This document shows, one piece after another, positions 46,121-57,900 of a stretch of 64,000 nt of DNA (positions are counted from its first letter, which is position 1; each line of letters begins with the position of its first letter). The stretch comes from Vicugna vicugna. Lineage: Eukaryota. The position numbers were made by a program, and so were the translations under genes. Location of the stretch: contig MU058714.1 of assembly GCA_013265495.1 (NCBI GenBank), positions 248,001-312,000 of the forward strand, written 5' to 3'. A model generated the notes under the pieces. That model did not search any database, was not told the DNA's origin, and saw only the letters and a list, made by a program, of their open reading frames with translations.

Positions 46121-48381
46121 GAGAATTGAGTTTGAGGAGCAACTCTGGAGAAAGTTTGACAGGAAATGGGAAAAGGACAGCAAGCAGCTGCCCCAGGCCC
46201 TGCTCAAAGGGGCATCTCAGATCCCTGGCCGTGGGAGGACATCGCACCTACTGGCCCGGAGAGACAGACCACCCAACGCTCCACTGGCTCCTCGGAGGAG
46301 CCGCCGGAGCAGATGCCAGACCACACTCCATCTGGTGTGACCTCTGAAAGGCACTCTTGACCCTGTCACACCCCCTCTCCTTCACCCTGACACCGCATGT
46401 CCCTGCCCCCCACCCTGAGCAAATGGACCGACCTCCTGAAAGGAGCAGCTCCCCTGACGCAGGCACCACCGGGGCCCTGGGCCTTGCTCCAGGCAACAGC
46501 TACAGACACAGTGGCTGGAGAGGTTTTTCTTTGTAACTATTTTTAAAAGTTGAAGATATTTTTGGAATATCGTCATCAACAGAAGAATATAATATGACTG
46601 CTCTCCCAGCACTCTCAGGCCCCGGGACACAGCCGTGACACCCCCACCCAGGAACCTAAGGGCTGAGGTCACAGGAGGTGACCCCACCTCCTTAGCGGGA
46701 TGCCCAGGGCCTCTCCCGCCCACCACACCTGAGCAGACCCACCACCTCCTGGCCTGGCTTCTCCCACGACAGGAGCCCTCCCACCGGACCACCTGCCTGC
46801 CGTCCTCCTCACACCGGGGTCTGCGTGGGCTCCACCATCCCCTCTTCTGAGAAGCAGCCCTGACCCTCAGCCAGGGTGACCCCTCTTCCCACCACCCCCT
46901 TCTTTTCTGCATCAGGCTGGCTGATTACACTGCGCATAGACGCAACGTTCATCTGCTGGTCCCGGGAGCCTCTCAGCGTCGCCTCACCTGCCGGGGAGCT
47001 GTGTTCCCAGGGTGTGTCCCACGTTGCGCCCAGACACCCCGAGACCCCCGGGAACCCCTCCAGCTCTGTGAGCAGGGCCACGTGCTGGCCATCAGCACCA
47101 GGGAGACACCCCGCCCGGCGCCCGGGGACAGAGAGAGGTGGCCCGGCAGGACACAGCGGGCCTGGGCCAAAGCCACCCCTCGGCCACGTCCCAGTTCAGC
47201 CCCAGGTGGACTAGAAAAGTCCCACCAGGGGCCTGGAGCAGATGGGCTGGGCTCCGGACCCCTGCGCGGCCCACCATCTGTCTTGACAGTCGGCCCGTCT
47301 GCCCAGGCAGCCCCTCCTCCCGGCCCACCATCTGCCCGCCCGCTCGGCCCTCCTCCTGGCTCCACCAGGGCCCTCAGGAGGGGACAAGGCAGGAGCCAGA
47401 GCCCAGACCTGGCTGCCTCAGACCAGCCCCATCTGGCATCCCTCAGGGAAAGGGGACAGCGGAGCCCCGCAGGGCAGGTGGCACCTCCAAGATGCTGCCT
47501 TGGGACTGCGGGCGGCCAGGGAGGAGAACAGAGGGCCTTGCACCCGAGGAGGCAGCAGCCACACCCCTCGTCTTCTGTCCCTCAACCTCCCCTGAGGCCT
47601 GGGTGGGAGGGTCCAGCTCCTGGGATGTTTCTGCTAGAAAGCCTTGACCGCAGCTCTCATCCAGGCCTTCGCACCCCACTCAGCTCGCTCCTCCCTGGCT
47701 GGCAGCTTCTCCAGGTCCCTGATGAGCACCTTCCCTTCCTGGGACCCCAGGGCCTGCTCTGAGAAGGAAGAAGAGCCACTTCCATCCAGGGCCCAGGCTG
47801 GGCGGCCAATCAGGGCCTTGCCCCACCCCCACCCTATCACCACCCTCCGACAGGACCCCCAGGAAGAGCTTGCATTTACCAAGCACGATGGAGGATACTT
47901 CCCACTGACACACCGTTCATCACGGAGCATCCTGGGGCCCGTGGGCGCCCTTCCCAGCCCACCACACTGGACCACTCCCCATTCCCTCCGGGGCAGGAGG
48001 CTGGGCCTGGACCCTCGGACCCCTAGTGCACCAACCAACTAGATAACTCACTCCGGTGACACCCGTCTGCCCCCCAGCCTCACAGATAACCACGCAGACG
48101 CGTCCGCTTTCCACGTAGGAGCGGGTGGGGGGGGCCGTGTCCCTGTCCCAAGTCAGTGGGGGAGGAGGGGCGGGACCAGGGCGCCAAGCCAGCTGTGCGG
48201 CAGTCACCATCACTGGCACGAGCTTGCTGAGGTTGGGGACAGCACCACCATCCCACCTCTGCACACCCTGAGGGACACAGGAGCTTCTGCCCCCTTGGCT
48301 CCCGCAGCCTGACGGGGGGGGACAAAGTGTGAGAAGGCCCAGCCGGCCGCAGAGGCCAAAGCCGGCGGATCCATGGTTGGA

Positions 48382-48400
48382 CAGCGCCACCTGGTGGACA
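48382..48400 (-). promoter_or_regulatory. Strong CTCF motif
   Basis: Reverse complement TGTCCACCAGGTGGCGCTG fits the core CCASYAGRKGGCRS at all 14 positions. Confidence 0.65.
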
Positions 48401-48899
48401 TGCCAGAGACTACAACGGCAGGCGTCCTTTTCGTTCTGGGTCTGGGATTTTCCGTCTGGGGACTTCTTCCCCTCTTCCCAGCAGGGCTCTGTGACTATCG
48501 GAACGCCCTGCCCTCTAATCGGATTCTGCCTAGACACAGCTTGGTATCAGAGGGCCCAACCCAGGCACTTCAAACAAGCCAGGAAAATAAAGCTCCCAAG
48601 GAAAGAGCTGCTTGTCAGCCAGCCCGCTCCCAAACCTGGCACATCTGCCACCCAGTGCCAAGGCAGTCACCCTCCTCTCACCACCGATGTGACAGCCACC
48701 CCTGGCCTGTCATCTTCGAGGGGAAAAGTCAGAAATCCCTGGCCAAACGGGTAGATCAAGCCTAGGAAAGAATGGTGAGCACAATTGGCTGAAACAGGCA
48801 GAACACGTAAAACAGAAAAACACACGGAAAAGGAGGAATGAATGAGCCAAAGCAAAACCTCATGGGAAACCCACCGGAAGCAAGGAGGGCCAAACTCTC

Positions 48900-49810
48900 T
48901 CCTTCAAATTTTTCCACTAAAAGAAAAGAAATGGAACGATTTCCCTTTTTAAACTGTATTTCAAGATCCTCTGATAACTCTGGTCAGTACGGGTTTGTTT
49001 GACAGGAGAATGCTAGGTGCTCGGCGCACAAGGAGGACACCGTGAGGAAATCACCGTCTGGCACGCTCTCGTGAAATGATGGTTTCTCAGAACGGTCCTG
49101 GATGGACGAGACCGTCGATGAAAGATGCTCCCAAGGAGCTTCGTGGCTGTGGCCACCTGGACCTGCTGGTCAGTCTGAGCATCACAGTTGTGCCTCTTTG
49201 TGACACACAGAGACCCAGCCTTGAAAGGTTCTGGCAGAAAGATGAGCCTGGATCAAACCAAGCTTCCAGTGCTAACCTCCCGCTTCCAGGGAAGGTGGGG
49301 ATGAAGGGACACCACAAGGAAGCAATTAGAACCAGAACGTGTGGGACACTGAGCAGGACAGCTGACCTGGTTTCTGTAGCAGGTCATGGCTGAGATTTAA
49401 AGGCAGAATGATCAAATTCACTTGGGGACCTTGTCCAGAACCTGGTTTTTACAAACGAACTGCAAAAAGGTATTTTTGAGCCCATCAGAGAAATTTGTTT
49501 ATGGGTAGGGCACCCAAAGAATTACCCCTCATTATGCCATTGTGCCAGTGGGGCTGGAATTATGTCACAAGGTTTCCCACATCTGGAGAGTTGCAGCCTC
49601 ATGTCTGCAGGAGCAGAATTACAGAATGTCTGCTACAGGCTTGAAACACTTCAGCCAAAGGGAACAGCAACGAACAAGAAAACAGCAGCAGATGAAGTAC
49701 ACGTGGCAGCTCTGGATAATTGTCAGATTGGGGTGATGCACACACAAGAATTTACTGTGCTGTTCTGTCTCTAAGTATTTTGAAAGCGTTCATTATAAGC
49801 AATTTTTAAA
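48900..49810 (+). mobile_element. Highly degraded L1MC/ME-like 3'UTR
   Basis: gaatttactgtgctgttctgtctctaagtattttgaaagcgttcattataag resembles an old L1 terminus; left boundary uncertain. Confidence 0.45.
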
Positions 49811-50142
49811 AGACACGTCCTGTCTCCTACAAACCTTACCTGGCATTGCAGAAATTTTATTGCAGAAGGTGACTCATCCTGTATCCCTGCCCCCCATCTT
49901 CTCTCCTGACAGGGAATGTTCACCCAGGGGAGGGAAAGGTGTGATGGCATCATTGCTCTGTTACAGTTCCTGGGCCCAGAAGCCCGCGGGGCTCTCACTG
50001 AAGGGCTGGGCACCTGGTCCCAACCAAGCATCCTGGATGCCTCTCATTCTCACCACATCCTTTGTGGATTTTCAGATCCAGTTCAACATTGTGCTGGAGA
50101 AGGAGCTCGCCCAGGGGTCCCATGGCCCCTACACTTCCTCTC

Positions 50143-50608
50143 TGTGGCCAGCAGAACAGCCCCCAAGATGTCCACATCCCACCCGCTGCAGCCTGTGAAT
50201 ATGGTACCTTATATGTCACAAGGGACTTTGCAAACAAATGTGGCTAAGGATCCTGAGACGGGAGGTTATCCAGGATGAGCCAGGAGGGCCCAGTGTCATC
50301 ATCAAAGCCTAGAGGTGTTTCTAAGAGGTCAGGAGGTCAGGGAAGATGTGACAACAGAAGCAGAGTTTAGAAGGATGCAACGTGGCTGGGGACCACAGGC
50401 TGAGGACCACAGCCGCCTATAGAAGCTGGAAAAGGTGAGGAAATGGATTTCCCCCTCCAACCTCCAGACGGAACACAGCCCTGCCAACACCCTGATTTCA
50501 GCCCAGTGAGACTTCTGACCTCCAGAACTGTAGAGAATAATGTGTGTTATTTTAAGCCACCTTGTTTGTGGTCGTCATTTGCTACAGCAGCCACAGGAAG
50601 CTCATGGC
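50143..50608 (+). mobile_element. MLT1D-like LTR
   Basis: ccccaagatgtccacatcc...cctgtgaatatggtaccttat...gacttctgacctccagaactgta...tttaagccac. Confidence 0.9.
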
Positions 50609-53600
50609 CTCTGCAAGCCTCCCCTGAGTGCTGGACTCCGGGGAGCTGGAGGGGCCGCGAAGGTCCCCCTGGGGGTCTGGGGGCAGGTGGTACATCAGCG
50701 ACCTCCCTCCCCTCCTCTCCTTCCTTCCTCCTTGGCCCCCACCCATGACAGGGGGGCAGGGGCAGACCCGCAGTGAATCGGCCCCGCCAGGCAGGCTGCG
50801 CTAATTCTCAGTGAGACAGAGCCACCCCTCCACCCTCGGGAGAACCACCAGCCCCTCCGCGCACCCCGAGAGGCCCGGCCTGGGCAGCCCTGGGGGACAA
50901 AGGGCCCCCCACATATGCTCTCTTCCCTTCTCTGGCCCTGCCCCCACCTCCCTGCCTGCAGTGTGGGTTCTTGACTTCACCGTCCGCAGCCCCAGCTCAG
51001 CCGCACACACCTCCAGGGGTCACCCGCATCCTGCATCACGAAGCCCGTGCTATCAACAAGGCTGTGATGACAGAAGGGCGGGGGGGATGACCATAGGACC
51101 ACACAGAGGTGGTTACCTGCCTAAGGACTGTCACTGCACGAAAGGGACACCATCCCTCTCTCCAGATAAGGATGCTGCGTTGGGAGGAGCGGGCCTGGCA
51201 GTGACGTGCTTGACATCCCTTATCGGCCCAGCATGGCCAAAGGTAGTCCCTTATCTGTCCTGAAATGTCCCTCCTTCATTATCAGGGCATAAACAGCAGC
51301 CAAATAGTTATAAAATAGACGGTTCTGGAGACAGCGGTTCCTCCAAAAGTCTCCCGGGAGAAGATGCCATGTTAACAGCCAGATGAGCAGAGATGTCAGC
51401 TGCCACGTTCCCGGTGCCCACAGTGGCCGGAAGAGCCCACGGCCGGCTCTGCCCTCCAGGCAGTCAGCCCCTGCCACTCCTACCCCCACCCGCCGCCTTC
51501 GGGCCTCTCACAGCCCCCACCCCACCAAGGCGGTCAGATGCGTTCCAGGAGCCAGTGGAGAGACCACAGAGAGACCCCACATGCTGCCCCATGGCCCGGC
51601 CCCCAGTCTCCCCCAGCACATCAGATCTCAGCTGCTGGGGCAAGACGGGGGAAACCGTTTACACCGACACATCCCCGAAAAACCCTTTTGGAAAATTCCA
51701 GGCCTGAGTCCTGAGTGCCCCTGGAGACCACAGCTGGTGGCAGAGGACCAGAGCAGCTGGAGTTCCAAGAAGAGAACAGGGAAAAGGATTTATGCCCAAA
51801 ACAACCAGGGAATAGTGACAAAGCGCATGTGAAGGAAAACTGCCCAGCATATGAGCGCCGGGGGCGGGGCTCTGAATGACGTTGCAGCTTTCGGAGGGGG
51901 TGGCCCCAGACAGTGGGCTCCTGGGGGCAAGGGGTTCAGACGAATATGTAACAAAGGATGTGCCCAGACCTGGCCAGCAGGGTCACAAAAGGGAGGGTCC
52001 TGGCTCCCCCCCAGGAAGTAAGGTGCTGCGCAACCTCAAGTTCACTGTGGGGGGGGGGGTCCAAGTGGAAAAGGACAAACAATGGCAGCAAGTGTGACTT
52101 CCAACCCCAATTAGCAGACCCTCCCCCCAAACCCTGATGCATCTCTGGGGCCTCTGAGAAGGCAGTGCTGACACCCAGAGGAGGAGGACTAGGGGAGGGG
52201 AGACGCCCACTCCAGCCTTGCTGCCCCGGGAGAGACCCCGTGCTCCAGGGACACGCCGACAAGGAACCCCTCGCCGGTGGAGGCGGGAATCACTCGCAAC
52301 TCACCCTCCTTCCTGTGATGTGCCCACCCCACCCCGGGCTGCTGGCTCTGGGGACGAGGCCCCTCAGAGTTGGATTCTCAGGGCTGAAGGACTCTGCAGC
52401 CACGGGGCCCCCAGTAGAGGGGGAGCTGGTCCCCGGCCGGACCAGCCAGTGCGACCCAGGTCACGGGCTGAGAACCTCGGCCGCCTCCTCTCCTCCAGCC
52501 GGTTACAAATCAGCAGCTTTACATGAAGGGACAGAGGCAGCAGCAGGCGGACAACGTGACTGGTGGGGTGGGGCCTGTGAGCACAGGACCTGGAGGCCAC
52601 AAAAGCTGGCGGCCTGTTAACAGGCGGGTCTCCTTCCTGCCCGGGTGACCCCCAGCCGGGAGAGTCGGGCCAGGTCCAGGCGCTGGGCGCAGGGCCACCT
52701 GCCCGAGGGCCCATCTTTCCTGGGGCAGCTGAGTCCTTCCCTACTGATCTGTGCTCAGTGGGAACACAGGGCCAGAACCTGGCTGACCAATGACCCCGGC
52801 CACCTCTCAGCTCACAGACACAGGAGGAAGCAGAAGGGCTGGCCCATTCTGAAGAGAAGCTCAGATCCAGATATCTATCCCCAGCTGTCTCAGCAGGCTC
52901 ACTCCCAGTCCAGGTCAGAGTCCCCAACCCCTCTGGGGTTCGAGCCACAGTCCAGCGGGGAAGGGAAGAATCCCAAAACGGCAGTTTCCTCTACTCCAAC
53001 CAGAGCCGCAAAAAGCGAGCTTCTTTAACAAGCAATGGGGACCGTGGGCACCACCCAGAGCGCAGGGAGGACCGAGAGCCACAGCCACCCCGCCCGGGGG
53101 CTCGCAGCTGCCTCCCCCAGACCCAAACGCAGGGTCTCAGAGCGGGGCCGTGCCGAGTCTGGGTGCCTGGCCCACTGGCCCAAGGCTCCTCTCCGAGGTG
53201 AGCAGACCTCACTGTCTGAGCACCTCAGTCAGCCAGGGCCTGGGAGTTCACTCTCATTTAACAGGAGGCTGGTGTCACAGAATAAATGATGGAGTGGTGT
53301 GTGTGCGGTGAAGACATGGGATGGGATAGCGAACAGAGGGCAGGAGAAGCCGGGAAAGGGGAGAGCAGGGAGACGGGGCTCACTTTCAAAGGCGGGGGCC
53401 CAAGGAGAGAGTCCACACAGAGAAGGGGCTGGGGTGGCCAGGCTGGTCCAGCCCGGTGAGGGCTGCAGACGCCGGGCAGAGCTGGGGGGCACTCTGAGGC
53501 TTAAGAAGCAACACCGAACAGTGAACAGAAGCAGTCACACGAGAATCGTCCAGCGCCCCCAAGGTGACGTCACTCCCCAACCCTTCCAGGGGGGAGTCAG

Positions 53601-53829
53601 TGGATGATGGATGAGGAGGGCTGGGGTCCCCCACTCCCATCCTGGCTTCAACCCAAGGCCCCAGGGCTGCCGACCGTCTCGCAGAAAGTCCACCAACAGG
53701 GTCCTGGGGGTCCCAGGCTACTCAGAGCTCAGGTGGGGGCCTGTGCCTGGTGGAGTCCTTTCCCGCAGCCGACACCCCGCACCCCAACCCTGCAGGCCTC
53801 ATCGCAGTCCCTGTCCCGCCGCCACACTG

Positions 53830-54070
53830 TCTACTGCTCAGTCGCTCAACAATCACAAGACACTGTTAAGAAGGCGCAAGCAGAAGCAACGCTCACACGC
53901 AGGGCGCAGCCTAAGCGCCCACACGCGGACACCCGCGGTGCGCACGGCAGGGCTCGGCGGCCGCTGCGGCCTGTGCGCTGCGAGCTTTAAAAGCACTCGT
54001 GGGTTTTTTTTAATTACTCCTATTTCCTCTCTTTGCTTTTCTATATTTTCCAAGTTTTCAGAAATGTTTG
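53830..54070 (+). mobile_element. Possible L1ME-like 3' remnant with a CpG-rich middle
   Basis: Ends ctttgcttttctatattttccaagttttcag, resembling an L1ME terminus. Confidence 0.4.
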
Positions 54071-54371
54071 AATTGTTTTCAAAATTATCTTCTTAGTTTC
54101 GAACTTTTAAAATTGTCCTTAATTATTTTTAAATTGTGGGGACAAAGGTTTTATTATTGGGATTTTGGTTTACGTGTCTGCCCTCCACCGAGGGCAGGGA
54201 CCCCACCCTTCTTACCTTTGTATTAAAGCTCCCCTGGACCCACCCGGGGTTTCCCAGGTTTTAGGGAACCATCCCTCTTTCTCTAGGACAGAATCGCGAA
54301 TTCTCTAAACCTAGTGCTAAACCACCCCTGACATTCTCGCCATCTCGGAAAGGTCCCAAGATTCCAGGATC

Positions 54372-55050
54372 TTTTTCTTTTTTTTTTTTTTAAATGTTCA
54401 TGTGTGGTAAAATGCACAAAACATGAAATTTACATTCACATTGCTGTGCAGTCCATCTCTAGAACCCTTCTCGTTAGAAAGAACTGAAACTCTGTCCCCA
54501 TCAAACAACAGCCCCCACCCCGGCCCTCCCGCCCTTGGTAAACTCCACTCCTTCAGTCTCTATAAACCTGACTCCTTTCGGAGCTTCATAGAAGTGGAAT
54601 CATAACGGTATTCGTATTTTCGTGACTGGCTTATTTCGCTTAACATAATGTCTTTGAGCTTCATCCATGTAGCATATGCCAGAATTTCCCTCCTTTTTAT
54701 GGCTGAAGAAGAGTCCGCTGTCTGGACAGAGCACGTTGACTTATCCATTCATCCATGGATGGCCACGTGAGTTGTTTCCACCTTCTGACTATTGTGAATA
54801 ATGCTGCTATGGACAGGGGTGTGCAAGTATCTCCATTAAGATCCTACTTGCAGCTCTGTGGGGTGTATTCCCGGAAGTGGGATTGCTGGGAATTCTATTC
54901 CCACTTTTTGAGGAACCACCGGGCTGTTCTCCACGGCAGCCAAACCACGCCGCATTCCTGCCGGCAGTGCACAGGGTTGCAATCTCCCCACATCTTTGCC
55001 GACACTTGTTTTCTGGTTTTTGATGAAGTCATCCTAATGGGCCTGAGGTG
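54372..55050 (-). mobile_element. L1MA/MB-like 3' end
   Basis: T tract, gtgactggcttatttcgcttaacataatgtc, attgtgaataatgctgctatg, gaagtgggattgctgg. Confidence 0.92.
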
Positions 55051-55084
55051 CCTAAACGTGTTTTGCAGGAGTCGGTATGGAGAA

Positions 55085-55403
55085 ACCGGAATGAAACTGC
55101 CCTGCAGGGGACTTTGAGGGCAGTGAAACAGCGCTGTGTGGTGCTATGATGGGGCATACGTGTCATACATTTGTCCAAACCCATAGGATGCACACCAGCA
55201 GGAGTGACCCATCGTGGAAACTATGGGCTTTTGGTGATGCTGTGCCCAGGCCAGTTCGCCGACTGTGCCGCCTGGGGCTTGGGGTTCACCGTGGGAGGCC
55301 ATGCATGGGTGGCAGCACAGAGCGTACGGGAAATCTCTGTACCTTCCGGTTTTGCTGTGAACCTAAAACACCTCTAAAAAATAAAATCCACTTTTTAAAA
55401 AAA
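55085..55403 (+). mobile_element. L1MC1-like 3' end
   Basis: tacatttgtccaaacccatag...gggaaatctctgtaccttcc...ttttgctgtgaacctaaaac. Confidence 0.85.
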
Positions 55404-55842
55404 TGTACCCTCCACACTTCTGGGAGACTGGGAGGGAGAGGAAAGGAAGGAAGGGGCAGGGAAGGTGGTGTCCCTCACTTCAATGATTCAAGGGCCTGGC
55501 TGGAGATTCAGCGACAGTCTCAGGCAAGTACCTAACTTCTGGGGCCATTTAGTTAAATCCTGGAGGTGGCCCAGGTCCTGAGCCTTTCAGGGTCCCCCGC
55601 CCACTCCATCACTGGACCTCAGGAAGGAAGGGCGATGGGCCCCTCCCACCTTGAATAGGACCCACGGGAGCCGAGTCTGGGGTCTCCCACTGGCTCTGTC
55701 GAGGCTGCCATTGGTAGCTCCCCCTTTTCCCTGCCAAAGGAGGAGACGGCCAGCCCAAGGGCAGCCTCGGGCACAGGGACGGGGGTAGAGGACAGTCGCA
55801 GGCATGGTGTGATGGAGGAGGGGCATTCCTAAAGCACAGAGG

Positions 55843-56245
55843 TGACGCTGGCTTGAATGGTGTCCCCAAAGGACACCTAATCCCAGAACCCGTGAGTGTG
55901 ACCTTATTTGGGAAAAGGGTCCTGGCAGATGTAAGTAAGGGTCTCAGACAAGACCATCCTGGAGAGTCTGAGGGGGTGCTCAGCCCACTGCTGCATGCTT
56001 CTGATGAAAGAAGGGAGACAGGAGAGACTGGGGGGTGCGGCCAAAGGCCAAGCCACGTCTGGAGCCACCAGAAGCTGGAGGATGTGAGGAAGGACACTCC
56101 TCTGCAGCCTTAGGAGGGGTCACGCCCCACTGACAGCTTGAGTCCAGACCTCTGGCCTCCAGGACTGAGACAGTAAATGCCTGCTGCCTGAAGCCCGTCT
56201 GCTGAGACGGCAAACTCCTTACAGCAGACCCAGAAATTCAATCCA
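55843..56245 (+). mobile_element. MLT1B/C-like LTR
   Basis: ttgaatggtgtccccaaa...gtgaccttatttgggaaaagggtc...gccaccagaagctgga...ctggcctccaggactgagac. Confidence 0.88.
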
Positions 56246-56249
56246 AAGC

Positions 56250-56464
56250 GCACACCCAGGCACACCCAGGCTCACGTGCACACCCAGGCTCACTGCACAC
56301 CCAGGCTCACGTGCACTCCCAGGCTCACATGCACACCCAACTCACATGCACACCCAGGCAGGCACTGTGCACACCCAGGCTCACGTGCACACCCAGGCTC
56401 ACGTGCACACCCAGGCTCACATGCACACCCAGGCAGGCACTGTGCACACCCAGGCAGGCACACA
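56250..56464. repeat. Minisatellite, about 12 units of GCACACCCAGGCTCAC(G/A)T (18 bp) with 21-bp variant GCACACCCAGGCAGGCACTGT
   Basis: Units parsed directly from the sequence. Confidence 0.95.
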
Positions 56465-57250
56465 TCCAGAGGCCGGAGCCCTGGAGGAAACCCTGGCGAC
56501 AGGAGGGCGGATCTCCGCGCTGGCTCAGGGCCTCTCCCCACCAACCCGCCATCGACATCACCGGGGCCGCTGTTCACGCACCCAGGCCTGCAGCTGGGAG
56601 CCAGCCCTGGGCTCAGCCGGGGGAGGGAGGGACGAAGCAGCCAGCCCTGGTGGGTCCCTCAGGACGCCTGCCCGCCTCCCTCCCTCCTTCCCTCATCCAC
56701 TCCTGCTTCTCTCCAGGAGCGCCCCGGCACCTCCCAGTGCTTGGATACGAGCACAGCACAGACGTGTCCTTTCCGGGGCCCATGCACGGCCCAGCCATGA
56801 GGAAGCCAGACCCACTAACTCATAATTTCATAAATGGTGACCAGTGGTCCAGCAGAAGAGCCACAAAGGACGGCCCTGAAGGTCCCAACTCCGCCAGGCA
56901 GGGATGGGGTGGGGGGACGGGAGCTTGCCCTGAGCAGAGAGGAGGCCTCTCCTCCGTTTGTGAGGAAGACGGTAGCCCTAGGGAAGGACAGGGGCGGGGG
57001 GCCCGCCAACATGACACGGGGGGACCCACAGGGGCCAAGGGCAGGTCACGAAAGCCCCGCTGGGCAGCTTTGTCCTCCAAGCGACGGAAGCAGAAGGCGG
57101 GCAGTCAGGCTTCTATAAAACTTGAGTGGAAACTGAAATCTTGCTCCAGGAGAGAGATCAAAGTGTGATGCTGGCAAAGTTAGAGGCCGTGTGCCCCTGG
57201 GGCTGAGATACCGGGGCAAGAGGGCATCAGCCCCCTTCCCCCCCCCCCCC

Positions 57251-57509
57251 CCCGTCCATCTCTGTCTCCCCATCCCCAGCTACAGCTCATCTTCCTCCCT
57301 TCTCCAGGTGGCCGTGGCAGTCAAGCCCGCTGATCAAGCCCAGGAGACAGTTGGCAGACTCTACGGGACCTCATCATCCCCCCACCCGTCCATCTCTGTC
57401 TCCCCATCCCCAGCTACAGCTCATCTTCCTCCCTTCTCCAGGTGGCCGTGGCAGTCAAGCCCGCTGATCAAGCCCAGGAGACAGTTGGCAGACTCTACGG
57501 GACCTCATC
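57251..57509. repeat. Perfect 125-bp tandem duplication (57251-57375 and 57385-57509)
   Basis: The two copies read identically, with a 9-bp spacer atcccccca; a C16 run at 57238-57253 overlaps the start of copy 1. Confidence 0.95.
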
Positions 57510-57749
57510 CTGCAGGGCTGTCCCCACCCCAGGACTGGCTGCCTCTTCTAGACCAACCGTCCCCTACCCAGAGTCCAGGTCCCCATCTCTTCCCACCCAC
57601 CCCCATCCCATCCCAGGCTCTGGAACGGGCGGCCCCAGCTCCGAGGGGACCTCCCTGCACACCAGGAGGGAGGCCTGCAGGGAGTGGAGGGGCTGCGAGG
57701 GAGGGACGCACCCGGCGTCCCCGAGAGCAGAGAGCACGGCTAACCCACA

Positions 57750-57900
57750 GCACATAATCCTGTTAAAATATTAATCCTCATTTAGCAGGGAGGCGAGGTG
57801 GCTGCTGAGATAAAGGCCCTGAGAAGTAATAAAAGGCAACAGCAATTGATAAAGCGGTCGTCGCGCTAATGAAGTCAGGTCAGGCCCCAGTAATCAGAAC
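57750..57900. promoter_or_regulatory. Candidate enhancer (K50 homeodomain, GATA and posterior HOX/CDX motifs)
   Basis: TAATCC 57755 and 57772, AGATAA 57808, GTAATAAAA 57826, TGATAA 57847. Confidence 0.45.

Noticed and set aside
54020..54065. Strong plus-strand splice acceptor
   Set aside because: The pyrimidine tract is explained by an old L1 3' terminus, and no downstream exon or donor is evident
56250..56464. CRISPR-like array
   Set aside because: Units are head-to-tail with no unique spacers, the context is eukaryotic, and there are no cas genes
56276..57168. 285-aa ORF with CTPRLT repeats and its His-rich alternative frames
   Set aside because: These are translations of the minisatellite with no coding support
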